Assembly: GCA_943846595.1 (NCBI GenBank)
Contig: OX044355.1
Coordinates: 1,788,199 to 1,852,198, forward strand
Direction: 5' to 3'
Length of the DNA: 64,000 bases
Source of the DNA: an uncultured Polaribacter sp.
GTDB taxonomy: Bacteria; Bacteroidota; Bacteroidia; Flavobacteriales; Flavobacteriaceae
The position numbers and the translations under genes were made by a program. Of the stretch, positions 50,650 through 61,540 are shown one piece after another; position 1 is the stretch's first letter; the number at the start of each line of letters is the position of its first letter. A model generated the notes under the pieces. It made no database searches and was not told the DNA's origin. It saw only the letters and a program-made list of their open reading frames with translations.

Positions 50650-51045
50650 TTATTTAAAAGGTTCTAATACTTTTAATACGTTTTCTCTTATTCTAGTTGG
50701 CTTATAGGTTTTGGCGTCTAGCATTCCATAAATGGTTTTTGCTTTTACAAGTATCTTTTCATTGGTAGAGAATTCAAAATGCCGTTCCGACTTAAAACCC
50801 TTCGTGTCTCCTATCCATGTTTTAGAAACCACCAAATCGTTTAAAACAGCTTGTCCAATATAATCAATTTCATGTCTTAACACCACCCAAATATAGTCTG
50901 GCAAGGGGTAATTCAATGTCAAAGCGACCCAATGTTGATGGGCAATCTCATCCATCCATTTCACGTAAACAGCATTGTTTACATGGTTTAAATCGTCAAT
51001 ATCAGCTACTTCTATAATACGTTTCAATTGAAAGACTGCGCTCAT
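50650..51045 (-). CDS. Acyl-CoA thioesterase (4HBT/YbgC-like)
   Basis: DIDDLNHVNNAVYVKW, RHEIDY. Confidence 0.88.
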   Translation of the reverse strand: MSAVFQLKRIIEVADIDDLNHVNNAVYVKWMDEIAHQHWVALTLNYPLPDYIWVVLRHEIDYIGQAVLNDLVVSKTWIGDTKGFKSERHFEFSTNEKILVKAKTIYGMLDAKTYKPTRIRENVLKVLEPFK

Positions 51046-51154
51046 GTATGTTTTTTTAACAAACTTATAAAATTTTAATGCGTCCATAACAATTATTGAT
51101 GTATGTATTGCACAATTTAGTTATTAAAGTAGCATCTTTGTACTCAAGAAAATT

Positions 51155-52492
51155 ATGACAAAACTAACCGGAGAATTAGGAACAGAAAAGATCAGTAAAT
51201 TACTGATAAAACAAGCGGTTCCTGCATCTATAGGAATACTTGTAATGTCTTTAAACATGATTGTTGATACCATTTTCGTGGGACAATGGATTGGTGTTTT
51301 GGCCATCGCAGCAATTACAGTCGTTTTACCAATTGCTTTTATGATTTCTTCGATTGGAATGGGAATTGGTATTGGAGGAAGCTCTATCATATCTCGGGCT
51401 TTGGGAAATGAAAATTCCGAAAAAGCATTGCTTACATTTGGGAATCAAATTAGTCTAACTACCATTTTGGCACTTCTTTTTGTGGTATTGGGCAATATCT
51501 ACAGTACAGAAATTTTAACCCTTTTTGGTGGAAAAGGAGCGATTTTAGATCCAGCACAAGCCTATTTTGATGTCATTATTTACGGAGTTCCTTTTTTAAC
51601 CTTTGCCATGATGGGGAACCCCGTCATCAGGGCAGTTGGGAAACCAAAGTTTGCCATGTATGCCATGCTGATTCCTGCAGTTGTGAATATTGCATTGGAC
51701 ATTCTCTTTATAAAATACATGCACCTTGGGATGTACGGAGCTGGATTAGCTACCGCAATTGCTTACGCAAGTTGTGGATTGTTTATTCTCTATTTTTTTA
51801 TTTCGAAAAAAAGTGAATTGAAAATTATCCCTAAGAACTTTGGATTGGATTTTTCTATTGTAAATGAAATTATAAGATTAGGAGGCGTTTCCATTGCAAG
51901 GCAAGGGACGATCAGTATTTTAATGATTGTGCTAAACTATTCTTTATATAAGTATGGTGGTGAAATTTCGATTTCTATTTTTGGAATCATCAATCGCGTG
52001 ATGATGTTTGCACTGTTTCCAATCATGGGTATAACACAAGGTTTTTTACCAATTGCTGGCTATAATTATGGTGCTAGAAAATACGATCGTGTCAAAGAAA
52101 CCATCCAAAAAGCCATTGTCTATGGCTGCGTCGTTGCTGGATTTGTTTATATCATGATTCTAGTCTTTGCAAAAGAAATTATTAGTGTATTTTCAACCGA
52201 TACCACCCTATTGGAAGCAACACCGAGAGCCATGCTTTTGGTCTTCTTAGCCTCCCCAATAATTGCCATACAACTCATTGGTTCTGCCTATTTTCAAGCG
52301 GCAGGAAAAGCCTTACCTGCATTGTTTTTAACTCTATTAAAACAAGGTTTTTTCTTAATACCGTTGGCCTATATTTTACCCATGTATTATGGAGTCGATG
52401 GTGTTTGGTATTCCTTTGCCATTGGTGACATTTTAGCAACCATGATCACCTATATTGTTGTTAGAAGAGAAATAAAAAAAAACTTACAGTAG
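51155..52492 (+). CDS. MATE family efflux transporter
   Basis: Twelve TM pattern; NMIVDTIFVG, NIALDILFI, GYNYGAR. Confidence 0.93.
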   Translation: MTKLTGELGTEKISKLLIKQAVPASIGILVMSLNMIVDTIFVGQWIGVLAIAAITVVLPIAFMISSIGMGIGIGGSSIISRALGNENSEKALLTFGNQISLTTILALLFVVLGNIYSTEILTLFGGKGAILDPAQAYFDVIIYGVPFLTFAMMGNPVIRAVGKPKFAMYAMLIPAVVNIALDILFIKYMHLGMYGAGLATAIAYASCGLFILYFFISKKSELKIIPKNFGLDFSIVNEIIRLGGVSIARQGTISILMIVLNYSLYKYGGEISISIFGIINRVMMFALFPIMGITQGFLPIAGYNYGARKYDRVKETIQKAIVYGCVVAGFVYIMILVFAKEIISVFSTDTTLLEATPRAMLLVFLASPIIAIQLIGSAYFQAAGKALPALFLTLLKQGFFLIPLAYILPMYYGVDGVWYSFAIGDILATMITYIVVRREIKKNLQ

Positions 52493-52496
52493 GAGT

Positions 52497-53171
52497 CTAA
52501 AGAATACTTTCTCCGTTTAAATTGGTCGTTAGAAGATCACTAAAAAGATTGAAAAAAGGACGCAATGCTTTGTAACTCTTGGTAACTTCTTCAATAAAGT
52601 TTTCAGATAAAACTTCTGCATCCGTAAAATTTCGAGAAGCAATAAAGCCTTTTTTACGCAATAAATCGATGTCTTTATGCGCTTTATCAAAGCCTCTAGG
52701 GGCCGTTTTAAGTTCACTAAAACTTTCAAATTTCCCACCAAAATATTGTTGATAGTCTTTCGCTGCTAGAATGGCTCTAATTTCAGAGGCATCCAATTCA
52801 ATCTCTTTCCGAATTCTTAATAAATCTTCCTTACTGGGTTCCCAAAAACCACCTGCTAAAAAAGATTCTCCTGGACGTATTCGTAAAAAATAGCCACCAC
52901 GTAGTTCCTTCCCCAACCTTGAATAGGAATTCGCAAAATGTGCTTTGTAAGGTGTCTTATCGTTGGAAAAACGAACATCTCTATAAATACGCATCATTTT
53001 AGATTTCTCAATTTCGTCATGCATTTGTAATTGCTCATGAATGGCTGCAAAAACTTCTTTTGCATTTTTTTGCGCTTGTACATACCTCGGTTTGGTCTCT
53101 GAAAACCAATCTCGGTTGTTGTTTTTTTGAAGGTCTTTTAAATATTGAAGAGTGGCATTTTCGATTTTCAT
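52497..53171 (-). CDS. DUF2461 family protein
   Basis: NNNRDWF, RIYRDVRFS.DKTPYK, GGFWEP, LKTAPRGF. Confidence 0.9.
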   Translation of the reverse strand: MKIENATLQYLKDLQKNNNRDWFSETKPRYVQAQKNAKEVFAAIHEQLQMHDEIEKSKMMRIYRDVRFSNDKTPYKAHFANSYSRLGKELRGGYFLRIRPGESFLAGGFWEPSKEDLLRIRKEIELDASEIRAILAAKDYQQYFGGKFESFSELKTAPRGFDKAHKDIDLLRKKGFIASRNFTDAEVLSENFIEEVTKSYKALRPFFNLFSDLLTTNLNGESIL

Positions 53172-53237
53172 GATCTAATTTTTAAAAGTGAAATTTACGA
53201 AAAGAAAATGAAAATCGTTTTGTAATTTCGAAGCACA

Positions 53238-54050
53238 ATGCATCAAAAGACAAAAGACATCCAAAATCATTTTGAAGGTTTTCTTAAAACCCCTTCTCTA
53301 TGGACCGGAAACACGGTTTATAATTTAAAACAATTTCAAATAGATCAAAAATCGATCTCTCTAAACAAAGAAATTGACGGAAAATTAAGACTTGGAAAGT
53401 ATATCGAACGTTTTGTCTCCTATCAACTTGATCAAAACGAACAGATTAAAATTATTTCAGAAAACATTCAAATTCAGAAAGACAAAATCACATTAGGAGA
53501 ATTAGACTGTATCCTTTTAAAAGCGCAACACCCCATTCATTTAGAAATTATTTATAAATTCTACCTTTATGACCCTTCAGTTGGCACTGATGAAATAGCA
53601 CATTTTATTGGTCCAAATAGGAAAGATTCCTTGGTGTCTAAATTAGAAAAGCTTAAAGAAAAACAGTTGCCCCTTCTCTACTCCAAAGAATGCCAAAACT
53701 ATTTAAAAACAATCGGTATAAATACTAATGACATCAAACAAGAAGTCTATTTTAAAGCCCAGTTATTTGTACCTTTCACAAACAAAAACATTCAGTTAAA
53801 GCAATTAAATTCAGCCTGTATTGTTGGTTTTTACATCAATATGGAGGCATTGCAACAATTTAAAGAGAGTAGCTTTTACATTCCCAATAAAAAAGATTGG
53901 TTGACCCTACCACATCCACAGGTAGCTTGGCAGTCCATTACATCCTTTACCAAAGACTGCAGTATAATTCGTCAACGGAATTTCTCCCCCATGTGTTGGA
54001 TAAAACATAAAAACGGTTGTATCGAAAAATTTTTCTTGGTATGGTGGTAA
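53238..54050 (+). CDS. DUF1853 family protein (PD-(D/E)XK-like)
   Basis: RLGKYIE, TLGELDCIL, HLEIIYKFYL, GPNRKDSL..KL. Confidence 0.82.
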   Translation: MHQKTKDIQNHFEGFLKTPSLWTGNTVYNLKQFQIDQKSISLNKEIDGKLRLGKYIERFVSYQLDQNEQIKIISENIQIQKDKITLGELDCILLKAQHPIHLEIIYKFYLYDPSVGTDEIAHFIGPNRKDSLVSKLEKLKEKQLPLLYSKECQNYLKTIGINTNDIKQEVYFKAQLFVPFTNKNIQLKQLNSACIVGFYINMEALQQFKESSFYIPNKKDWLTLPHPQVAWQSITSFTKDCSIIRQRNFSPMCWIKHKNGCIEKFFLVWW

Positions 54051-54058
54051 AATTCTTT

Positions 54059-54658
54059 TTATTGCTGCCTCTTTTTCAACTCAGTTGCAATATCCTTAAG
54101 GGTAAATCCTTTTGCTTGTAAGAGCATTAAATAGTGAAACAACAAATCTGCCGATTCGTATAAAAACAATTCATCATTACTGTCCATGGCTTCAATCACC
54201 ACTTCCACAGCTTCTTCGCCTACTTTCTGTGCAACTTTATTAATCCCTTTTGCAAACAAACTTGCCACATAGGATTTTTCAATATCCTGATTCGCAACTC
54301 TTTCAGCAATGGTGGTTTCTAAGGTAGAAAAGAATCCATAATTGGGTGTGTTTTCTTCGTTCCAGCAGGTGGCGGATCCTTTGTGACAAGTAGGCCCATT
54401 GGGAGTTACTTGAATCAATAAGCTGTCATTATCACAATCTAACTTAAGATCGACTAAATGCAATACATTACCACTTTCTTCTCCTTTGGTCCACAAGCGT
54501 TTTTTGGATCTACTAAAGAAAGTAACCAGCTTGGTTTCTTGTGTTTTAACAAATGCTTCCTCGTTCATATAGCCCAACATGAGCACGTTTTTTGTGGTTG
54601 CATCTTGAATGATTGCAGGGACCAAACCGTCGCTATTCTTATTAAAATCGATATTCAT
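54059..54658 (-). CDS. hisIE: Bifunctional phosphoribosyl-AMP cyclohydrolase / phosphoribosyl-ATP pyrophosphatase
   Basis: WTKGEESG, DCDNDSL, TCHKG, QKVGEEAVE, ESADLLFH. Confidence 0.96.
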   Translation of the reverse strand: MNIDFNKNSDGLVPAIIQDATTKNVLMLGYMNEEAFVKTQETKLVTFFSRSKKRLWTKGEESGNVLHLVDLKLDCDNDSLLIQVTPNGPTCHKGSATCWNEENTPNYGFFSTLETTIAERVANQDIEKSYVASLFAKGINKVAQKVGEEAVEVVIEAMDSNDELFLYESADLLFHYLMLLQAKGFTLKDIATELKKRQQ

Positions 54659-54688
54659 AATTTTATTTTATTGAATTTGTAACTCCTA

Positions 54689-55444
54689 TTATATCCGAAT
54701 AGGAATTTTATTTTCTCTTAATTGAGTCTTTAAATCCATAATTGCAATTTCTCCAAAATGAAAAACACTGGCTGCCAAAGCGGCATCTGACTTTCCAATA
54801 GTAAAGCTGTCTATAAAATGCTGCACGGTTCCAGCACCTCCTGAAGCTATAATTGGGATGTTTAGCCTAGAGGATAGTTTTGCCAAGGCTTCATTTGCGA
54901 AACCTGCTTTTGTACCATCGTTGTTCATCGAGGTAAAGAGAATCTCTCCAGCACCGCGTTTTTCTACTTCTTTTGCCCAATCAAATAAATTGAGTGCTGT
55001 TGGTACAGTTCCTCCTGCCAAATGCACCTTCCAGTGGCCATCTATTCGTTTTGCATCGATTGCAACAACCACACACTGACTCCCAAACTTGTCTGACAAT
55101 TCGTTGATCAATTCAGGTCTTTTAATTGCGGATGAGTTGATAGAAACCTTATCGGCACCACAGTTTAACAGAGCGGTTACATCTGCTACCGAAGAAATTC
55201 CTCCTCCTACGGTAAAGGGTATATTTACTTGTTCTGCTACTTTCAAAACCATTTCTAACATGGTTTTTCGGCCTTCTAAAGTTGCCGAAATGTCTAAAAA
55301 AACCAATTCATCTGCACCTAATTCTGCATATTGTTTTGCCAAAATTACAGGATCGCCAGCATCGATGAGATTCACGAAATTGACTCCTTTTACCGTTCTT
55401 CCATTTTTTATATCCAAACAAGGAATGATTCTTTTGGTTAGCAT
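54689..55444 (-). CDS. hisF: Imidazole glycerol phosphate synthase cyclase subunit
   Basis: [34 protein letters not shown]. Confidence 0.97.
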   Translation of the reverse strand: MLTKRIIPCLDIKNGRTVKGVNFVNLIDAGDPVILAKQYAELGADELVFLDISATLEGRKTMLEMVLKVAEQVNIPFTVGGGISSVADVTALLNCGADKVSINSSAIKRPELINELSDKFGSQCVVVAIDAKRIDGHWKVHLAGGTVPTALNLFDWAKEVEKRGAGEILFTSMNNDGTKAGFANEALAKLSSRLNIPIIASGGAGTVQHFIDSFTIGKSDAALAASVFHFGEIAIMDLKTQLRENKIPIRI

Positions 55445-55445
55445 T

Positions 55446-56183
55446 TTATGAATTGATTATAAAATTTTCTAATTGTTTTAAACTGATCTTGTGCTCATAA
55501 ATCGCTTTTCCGATAATCACTCCTTCACAGCCTAAATTGGCCAATCTCGGCAACTCATCAAAAGTTGAAATTCCACCCGAAGCAATCAATTTGAGTTTTT
55601 TTGATGTAGAAACAATTTCTTGATAGATGTCAAAACTAGGGCCTTGCAACATACCATCTTTAGAAATATCGGTACAAATAACATAGGCAATTCCTTTTTC
55701 TTGATAGTCTTTTATAAAAGGGATCAATTCCAAACTGCTTTCTTCTTGCCAGCCGTTTGTGGCAATTTTTCCTCCAGAGGCATCTGGATAAAAATCGGCG
55801 CCTAAAATGATTTTCTGTGGTCCATATTTCGAAATCCAGCGTTCAAAAGTCGCAGTGTTTTTTACAGCGATACTCCCTCCTGTTATTTGATTGGCTCCTG
55901 AATTAAAAGCAATTTCTAAATCTTTATCAGATTTTAAGCCTCCACCAAAATCAATTTTCAATTGGGTCTTAGAAGCAATTTGTTCCAATACTTTGTAATT
56001 GACAATCTGACTTGCTTTTGCGCCGTCTAAATCAACAACATGCAAGTATTCGATGCCTGTTGCTTCAAATTCTTTTGCAACTTCTAAAGGCTGCTCGTTG
56101 TATATTTTCTTCGTAGCATAGTCTCCTTTGGTTAAACGAACACACTTTCCGTCTATGATATCGATGGCGGGTATGATTCTCAT
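55446..56183 (-). CDS. hisA: ProFAR isomerase
   Basis: [34 protein letters not shown]. Confidence 0.97.
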   Translation of the reverse strand: MRIIPAIDIIDGKCVRLTKGDYATKKIYNEQPLEVAKEFEATGIEYLHVVDLDGAKASQIVNYKVLEQIASKTQLKIDFGGGLKSDKDLEIAFNSGANQITGGSIAVKNTATFERWISKYGPQKIILGADFYPDASGGKIATNGWQEESSLELIPFIKDYQEKGIAYVICTDISKDGMLQGPSFDIYQEIVSTSKKLKLIASGGISTFDELPRLANLGCEGVIIGKAIYEHKISLKQLENFIINS

Positions 56184-56186
56184 TAC

Positions 56187-56768
56187 TTATAAATTTAAAA
56201 AGTTTTGTAAAATTTTAGCCCCTGCTGTTCCGCTTTTCTCTGGGTGAAACTGCACTCCATAAAAATTATTTTTTTGCAAAGCAGCAGCATATTCAATTCC
56301 ATAATCTGTAGTGGCAATACTTTCCGAACATTTTTCTGCATAGAAACTATGCACCAAGTACATAAATTCGTTTTCTTTGACTCCTAAAAACAAATCGGAT
56401 TTTAAACTAGCAATGGTATTCCATCCCATTTGTGGTACTTTTAGCGCATTCGAAAAACGTTTTACTGCTACCTTAAAAATACCCATTCCTTTGGTATTTC
56501 CTTCTTCAGAAGAATTGCACATCAATTGCATACCCAAACAAATTCCTAATACAGGTTGTTTTAATGTAGGGATGATTTTGTCCAAACCACTTTCTTCTAG
56601 CATTTTCATAGCAGCACTTGCCGCACCAACTCCTGGAAAAATAATTTTATCTGCGGCGCTGATTTCATTAGGATCATTTGACAATATTGCATCCACTCCC
56701 AAACGCTTAAAAGCAAATTGAATGCTTTTAATATTTCCTGCTCCATAATCAATGATAATGACTTTCAT
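56187..56768 (-). CDS. hisH: Imidazole glycerol phosphate synthase glutaminase subunit
   Basis: IDYGAGN, PGVG, GICLGMQ, QFHPEKSG. Confidence 0.97.
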   Translation of the reverse strand: MKVIIIDYGAGNIKSIQFAFKRLGVDAILSNDPNEISAADKIIFPGVGAASAAMKMLEESGLDKIIPTLKQPVLGICLGMQLMCNSSEEGNTKGMGIFKVAVKRFSNALKVPQMGWNTIASLKSDLFLGVKENEFMYLVHSFYAEKCSESIATTDYGIEYAAALQKNNFYGVQFHPEKSGTAGAKILQNFLNL

Positions 56769-56793
56769 AATTGGTTGTATCTATAGAGGTTGA

Positions 56794-57930
56794 TTAAAGC
56801 ATTCCTTTGGTAGAAGGTAAAAACATCTTGTTTGCATCTCTTTTTACTGCCATTTTCATTGCTTTGGCAAAGGCCTTGAAGATTGCTTCAATCTTATGAT
56901 GCTCATTTTTTCCTTCTGCTTTGATATTCAGATTGCATTTTGCACCATCTGTAAATGATTTAAATAAGTGAAAAAACATTTCTGTAGGCATATCTCCAAT
57001 TTTTTCGCGCTTAAAATCTGCCTCCCATTCCAGCCAATTTCTTCCTCCAAAATCAACAGCAACTTGTGCCAAACAATCATCCATTGGCAAACAAAAACCA
57101 TATCTTTCCACACCCAATTTACTCCCCAAGGCTTTGTTAAATACTTCCCCAAGTGCAATCATCGTATCTTCAATGGTATGATGTTCATCAACTTCCAAAT
57201 CACCATTTACCTGAATCGTTAAATCCATTGCACCATGACGCCCAATTTGATCTAACATATGATCGAAAAATGACAGGCCCGTGTGAATCTTATTTTTACC
57301 AGAACCGTCTAAATTCAGTTTGATATAAATCTGCGTTTCATTGGTATTTCTTGTAATTTCTGAAACCCGGTCTTCCAGTTTTAAAAATTCATAAATTTGA
57401 GCCCAATCAGTAGTTGTAGTGGCAATACAATCTAAAATTTCTTGTTGGGATGTTTCAATCTCTTCGATTCCTAATACTGGTTTTTCCGATAAAAAAATAC
57501 CTTTTGCTCCTAGGTTTTTAGCCAACTCCATATCTGTTATTCGATCTCCCAGTACGAATGAATTTTCTAAATCATAGTCCTCCGAAAAGTATTTTGTCAA
57601 CAATCCCGTTCTCGGTTTTCTTGTGACTGCATTTTCATGAGGAAATGTTTTATCAATCAATACCTCAGAAAAAACAACGCCTTCTTTCTCAAAAGCAGTA
57701 ATAATTTTGTTTTGAGCTGGCCAAAAGGTGTTTTCAGGAAATGAAGCTGTACCTAAACCATCTTGATTGGTAATCATCACCAATTCGTAATCCAATTCTA
57801 AGGCAATTTTTGCCATGTATTGAAACACTTTTGGATAGTATTCTAACTTTTCTAAACTATCTAATTGATAATCTACTGGTGGCTCTAAAACCAGGGTTCC
57901 ATCTCTATCTATAAATAATACTTTCTTCAT
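56794..57930 (-). CDS. hisB: Bifunctional histidinol-phosphatase / IGP dehydratase
   Basis: [11 protein letters not shown] domain; [21 protein letters not shown]. Confidence 0.97.
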   Translation of the reverse strand: MKKVLFIDRDGTLVLEPPVDYQLDSLEKLEYYPKVFQYMAKIALELDYELVMITNQDGLGTASFPENTFWPAQNKIITAFEKEGVVFSEVLIDKTFPHENAVTRKPRTGLLTKYFSEDYDLENSFVLGDRITDMELAKNLGAKGIFLSEKPVLGIEEIETSQQEILDCIATTTTDWAQIYEFLKLEDRVSEITRNTNETQIYIKLNLDGSGKNKIHTGLSFFDHMLDQIGRHGAMDLTIQVNGDLEVDEHHTIEDTMIALGEVFNKALGSKLGVERYGFCLPMDDCLAQVAVDFGGRNWLEWEADFKREKIGDMPTEMFFHLFKSFTDGAKCNLNIKAEGKNEHHKIEAIFKAFAKAMKMAVKRDANKMFLPSTKGML

Positions 57931-58980
57931 TTAAATTTCTTTTAAAACATGAATTAAACGGCTATTTTCTAAACGGGTACCAACTGTTAAACGCAAACAA
58001 TTTTTACACAAAGGCTGGGTCGTTCTATTGCGTATTACAATTCCTTTTGCAATTAATTGATCATAGCGTTTGGTGGCATTGTCTACCTTGACCAGCACAA
58101 AATTACATGCGGAAGGATAAATTTCTTGGACATAATTTATTGTTTTTAAATTTGACACTAAGTTGGCTCTCTCCTCCTTTATTTTCAGAATTTCTTGTGT
58201 CACTTCATCGGGCTGTAGCAATCGCTCAATGGCTTTTTGCTGCGACAATTCGTTGACATTGTACGGTGGCTTTATGGTGTTTAAAATTGCAATTATTTCT
58301 TTGGATGCGTAGCAAATACCTAAACGAATTCCTGCCAATCCATAAGCTTTGGAGAGTGTTTGTATTATCACTAAATTTGGATAATTCTTTAATTTTTCCA
58401 ACCAACTTTTTGCATCAGAAAAGTCAATATAGGCTTCATCGATGACCACCAAGCCATTAAACCTTTGCAACAATTCCTCTACCCGTTCCATAGAAAAACT
58501 ATTTCCTGTAGGGTTATTGGGCGAGCATAAAAACAACATTTTACTCCGAATATCTACTGCTTCCAAAATTGAATCTACGCGAGGTTGAAAGTTGTCGGAT
58601 AATAAAACAGCTCTATTTTCTATGGCATTGATATTTGCCAATACAGCATACATTCCATAGGTTGGCGGCAATGTAATAACGTTGTCTACATTGGGCTCAC
58701 AAAATGCTCTGAAAAGTAAATCGAGTACTTCATCTGAGCCATTTCCTAAAAGAATATTTCCGGTCTCTACATTTTTCATTGCTGACAACAGCGCTTTTAC
58801 TGCATGTTGCTGTGGATCTGGATACCGGTTTACACCATTCTCAAAGGGATTTTCATTCGCATCTAGGAAAATCATCTCCTTTGAGCTCGCATCTTTGTAT
58901 TCATCCCTTGCTGAAGAATACGGTTGTAAATCCTTGATATTCGCTCTCACGAGAGTATTTATGTTGAAATCTGTAATCAT
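57931..58980 (-). CDS. hisC: Histidinol-phosphate aminotransferase
   Basis: LDANENP, NRYPD, GNGSDE, CSPNNPTG, DEAYIDF, TLSKAYGLAGIRLG. Confidence 0.97.
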   Translation of the reverse strand: MITDFNINTLVRANIKDLQPYSSARDEYKDASSKEMIFLDANENPFENGVNRYPDPQQHAVKALLSAMKNVETGNILLGNGSDEVLDLLFRAFCEPNVDNVITLPPTYGMYAVLANINAIENRAVLLSDNFQPRVDSILEAVDIRSKMLFLCSPNNPTGNSFSMERVEELLQRFNGLVVIDEAYIDFSDAKSWLEKLKNYPNLVIIQTLSKAYGLAGIRLGICYASKEIIAILNTIKPPYNVNELSQQKAIERLLQPDEVTQEILKIKEERANLVSNLKTINYVQEIYPSACNFVLVKVDNATKRYDQLIAKGIVIRNRTTQPLCKNCLRLTVGTRLENSRLIHVLKEI

Positions 58981-60260
58981 TGTAAATCATTTAATCGAAC
59001 GGTAACCGCGTTTTTGTGTGCTTGCAGCCCTTCTGCTGCTGCCATAACTTCAATGGTGTTCCCAATATTTAAAATTCCTTCTTGGGTGATTTCCTGAAAG
59101 GTAATGCTTTTTAAAAAGCTGTCTAGATTGACACCAGAATAGGCTTTTGAAAAACCATTTGTGGGCAGTGTATGGTTGGTTCCCGAAGCATAATCTCCTG
59201 CACTTTCTGGGGTATAATTACCAATAAAAACGGATCCTGCATTTTCAATATTCTCGAGATAATACTCATTATTATGCTTACAAACAATGAAATGTTCTGG
59301 GCCATATTCATTAATAAGTGCCAAGGCAGTCTCGTCTGTTGCAACAAAAATAGCTTTCGAATTGTCCATTGCTTTTTGAGCCAGCTCTTTTCTCGGCAAT
59401 AACAACAGTTGTTGGGCGACCTCTTTTGAGACTTGATCGATAAATTCTTGAGAAGTAGCTACCAAAATCACTTGACTATCAGCTCCGTGCTCTGCTTGAC
59501 TTAATAAATCTGCAGCTACATAAGAGGCATTTGCCGAAGCATCTGCCATTACTAACAATTCACTCGGACCAGCTGGCATGTCTATGGCTACACCAAATTT
59601 TGTAGCCAACTGTTTTGCTACAGTAACAAACTGGTTTCCTGGACCAAATATTTTAGATACTTGTGGAATGGTTTCAGTCCCAAAAGTCATCCCAGCAATG
59701 GCTTGAATGCCACCAACTTTTATTATTTTGGTAATGCCACAAAGTTGTGCTGCATACAAAATTGCTGCATGAATCTTACCTTCTTTATTGGGTGGTGAAC
59801 ACAACACAATTTCTTTACAACCTGCTATTTGTGCTGGAACTGCCAACATTAAGACTGTTGAAAAAAGCGGTGCAGTACCCCCTGGAATGTACAAGCCCAC
59901 TTTTTGAATGGGTCTTTTTTCTTGCCAACAGGTAACTCCTGGACTGGTTTCTATGACTACCTTATCTGTTTTCTGTGCAGCGTGAAAAACCTCAATGTTT
60001 GATTTTGCTTGTTGAATCGCAACTTTTAATGCGTCTGAAACTTCTGCAATCGCCATATTTATTTCTTCTACAGAAACAATTATATTTTCTAAGGATACCC
60101 CATCAAATAATTGGGTATACTTTGAAATTGCAATGTCCTTGTTTCTTTGTACGTCTTCAAAAATTTGGGTTACTGTACTTTCGATATCGTCTACCGTTTG
60201 AGTCGGTCTTTGTAAAAGCGCATTCCACTCTTTTTTTGGAGGGTTGTTGATGATTTTCAT
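58977..60260 (-). CDS. hisD: Histidinol dehydrogenase
   Basis: GLYIPGG, FGPGNQFV, DMPAGPSE, DLLSQAEHG, PEH, GDYASGTNH. Confidence 0.97.
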   Translation of the reverse strand: MKIINNPPKKEWNALLQRPTQTVDDIESTVTQIFEDVQRNKDIAISKYTQLFDGVSLENIIVSVEEINMAIAEVSDALKVAIQQAKSNIEVFHAAQKTDKVVIETSPGVTCWQEKRPIQKVGLYIPGGTAPLFSTVLMLAVPAQIAGCKEIVLCSPPNKEGKIHAAILYAAQLCGITKIIKVGGIQAIAGMTFGTETIPQVSKIFGPGNQFVTVAKQLATKFGVAIDMPAGPSELLVMADASANASYVAADLLSQAEHGADSQVILVATSQEFIDQVSKEVAQQLLLLPRKELAQKAMDNSKAIFVATDETALALINEYGPEHFIVCKHNNEYYLENIENAGSVFIGNYTPESAGDYASGTNHTLPTNGFSKAYSGVNLDSFLKSITFQEITQEGILNIGNTIEVMAAAEGLQAHKNAVTVRLNDLQ

Positions 60261-61117
60261 TATAATACCATATTTTCAATTGGACATACCAGAATTCCTT
60301 CTGCTCCTTTGGCCTTTAATAGGTCTATAATTTCCCAAAACTGGCCTTTATCAATTACAGAATGCACAGAACTCCAACCTTCTTTTGCTAAAGGCAATAC
60401 GGTAGGACTTTTCATCCCTGGTAAAATAGCGATGATTTCTGCAAGTTTATCATTGGGAGCATTCAACAATACATATTTCGAATTCCTTCCTTTTAAAACG
60501 GCTTTCATTCTAAATTGAATCTTTTCTAAAATTACTTTTTTATCCTCAGATATTGCAGGGGATACCGCCAATACTGCTTCCGACTCAAATAAAACCTCAA
60601 TCTCTTTCAAACCATTTTTATACAAAGTACTACCACTAGAAACGATATCACAAATTCCATCTGCCAAACCAATATTCGGAGCAATTTCTACGGAACCATT
60701 AATGGTGTGTAACTGCGCATTGATGTTGTTTGCTGCTACATATTTGTTTAGGGTATTTGGGTAAGATGTTGCTATGCGTTTTCCATCCAAATCTTTCAAT
60801 GCATTTGCTGTAGCATTTTTTGGAACAGCAATCGAAACCTTGCATTTTGAAAAACCTAAGCGCTCAACAAATTCGATGTCATTTCCATTTTCGATCAAAA
60901 CATTTTCTCCGATAATAGCGGCATCTACAACCCCATCTCTTAGGTATTGAGGAATGTCTCCATTTCTTAGATAAAAAACTTCTAATGGAAAATTTCTTGC
61001 TGCTGCTTTCAATTGGTCTTTACCGTTGTCTATGGCAATGCCTATTTCTTTTAAAATACGCATGGAATCTTGGTTTAATCTTCCTGATTTCTGAACTGCT
61101 ATTCTAATTTTATTCAT
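60260..61117 (-). CDS. hisG: ATP phosphoribosyltransferase (long form)
   Basis: Start MNKIRIAVQKSGRL; GSVEIAP.IGLADGICDIVSSGSTL; C-terminal regulatory domain PGMKSPTV. Confidence 0.96.
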   Translation of the reverse strand: MNKIRIAVQKSGRLNQDSMRILKEIGIAIDNGKDQLKAAARNFPLEVFYLRNGDIPQYLRDGVVDAAIIGENVLIENGNDIEFVERLGFSKCKVSIAVPKNATANALKDLDGKRIATSYPNTLNKYVAANNINAQLHTINGSVEIAPNIGLADGICDIVSSGSTLYKNGLKEIEVLFESEAVLAVSPAISEDKKVILEKIQFRMKAVLKGRNSKYVLLNAPNDKLAEIIAILPGMKSPTVLPLAKEGWSSVHSVIDKGQFWEIIDLLKAKGAEGILVCPIENMVL

Positions 61118-61162
61118 TTCTTCTTGGTTTGGTGCCTGAGCAACCTTTTGATTTTTAAATAG

Positions 61163-61193
61163 AAAAACCCGTTTGATTGTCTCAAACGGGTTT
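61163..61193 (-). terminator. his operon attenuator terminator
   Basis: Minus strand AAACCCGTTTGA-GACAA-TCAAACGGGTTTTT between leader ORF and hisG. Confidence 0.88.
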
Positions 61194-61223
61194 ATAAATA
61201 TTTTGAATTTATTCAATACATTT

Positions 61224-61280
61224 TCAGTTCGCTTGATTGCAAATTTGAAAATGATGATGATGGTTTTGAATAAAGTACAT
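61224..61280 (-). promoter_or_regulatory. hisL: His operon leader peptide MYFIQNHHHHFQICNQAN (18 aa)
   Basis: Four consecutive CAT codons; TCAAGCG in the leader can pair with CGTTTGA of the terminator 5' arm (antiterminator). Confidence 0.9.
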
Positions 61281-61540
61281 TGTTTTCTAAATTAGTCGCA
61301 AATATATTGCCTTTATTTTTCTTAAAGCGTATCTGATACTTTTTTTTTAGTTTTTTTGGCAACTATTATCAATATCAAAGTTTACTCCTACATTTTTTTA
61401 GTTTTTATTAAAATAGTACCCCATATTTTTAGGTTTACAATAATAATAAGTTATGCTATTGACTTTAAAAATATAGCTATAATTTTTTGAATAACTCAAA
61501 AATTAAACCTATTTTGCAAGTGAAAGAGAAAAAATAAAAC

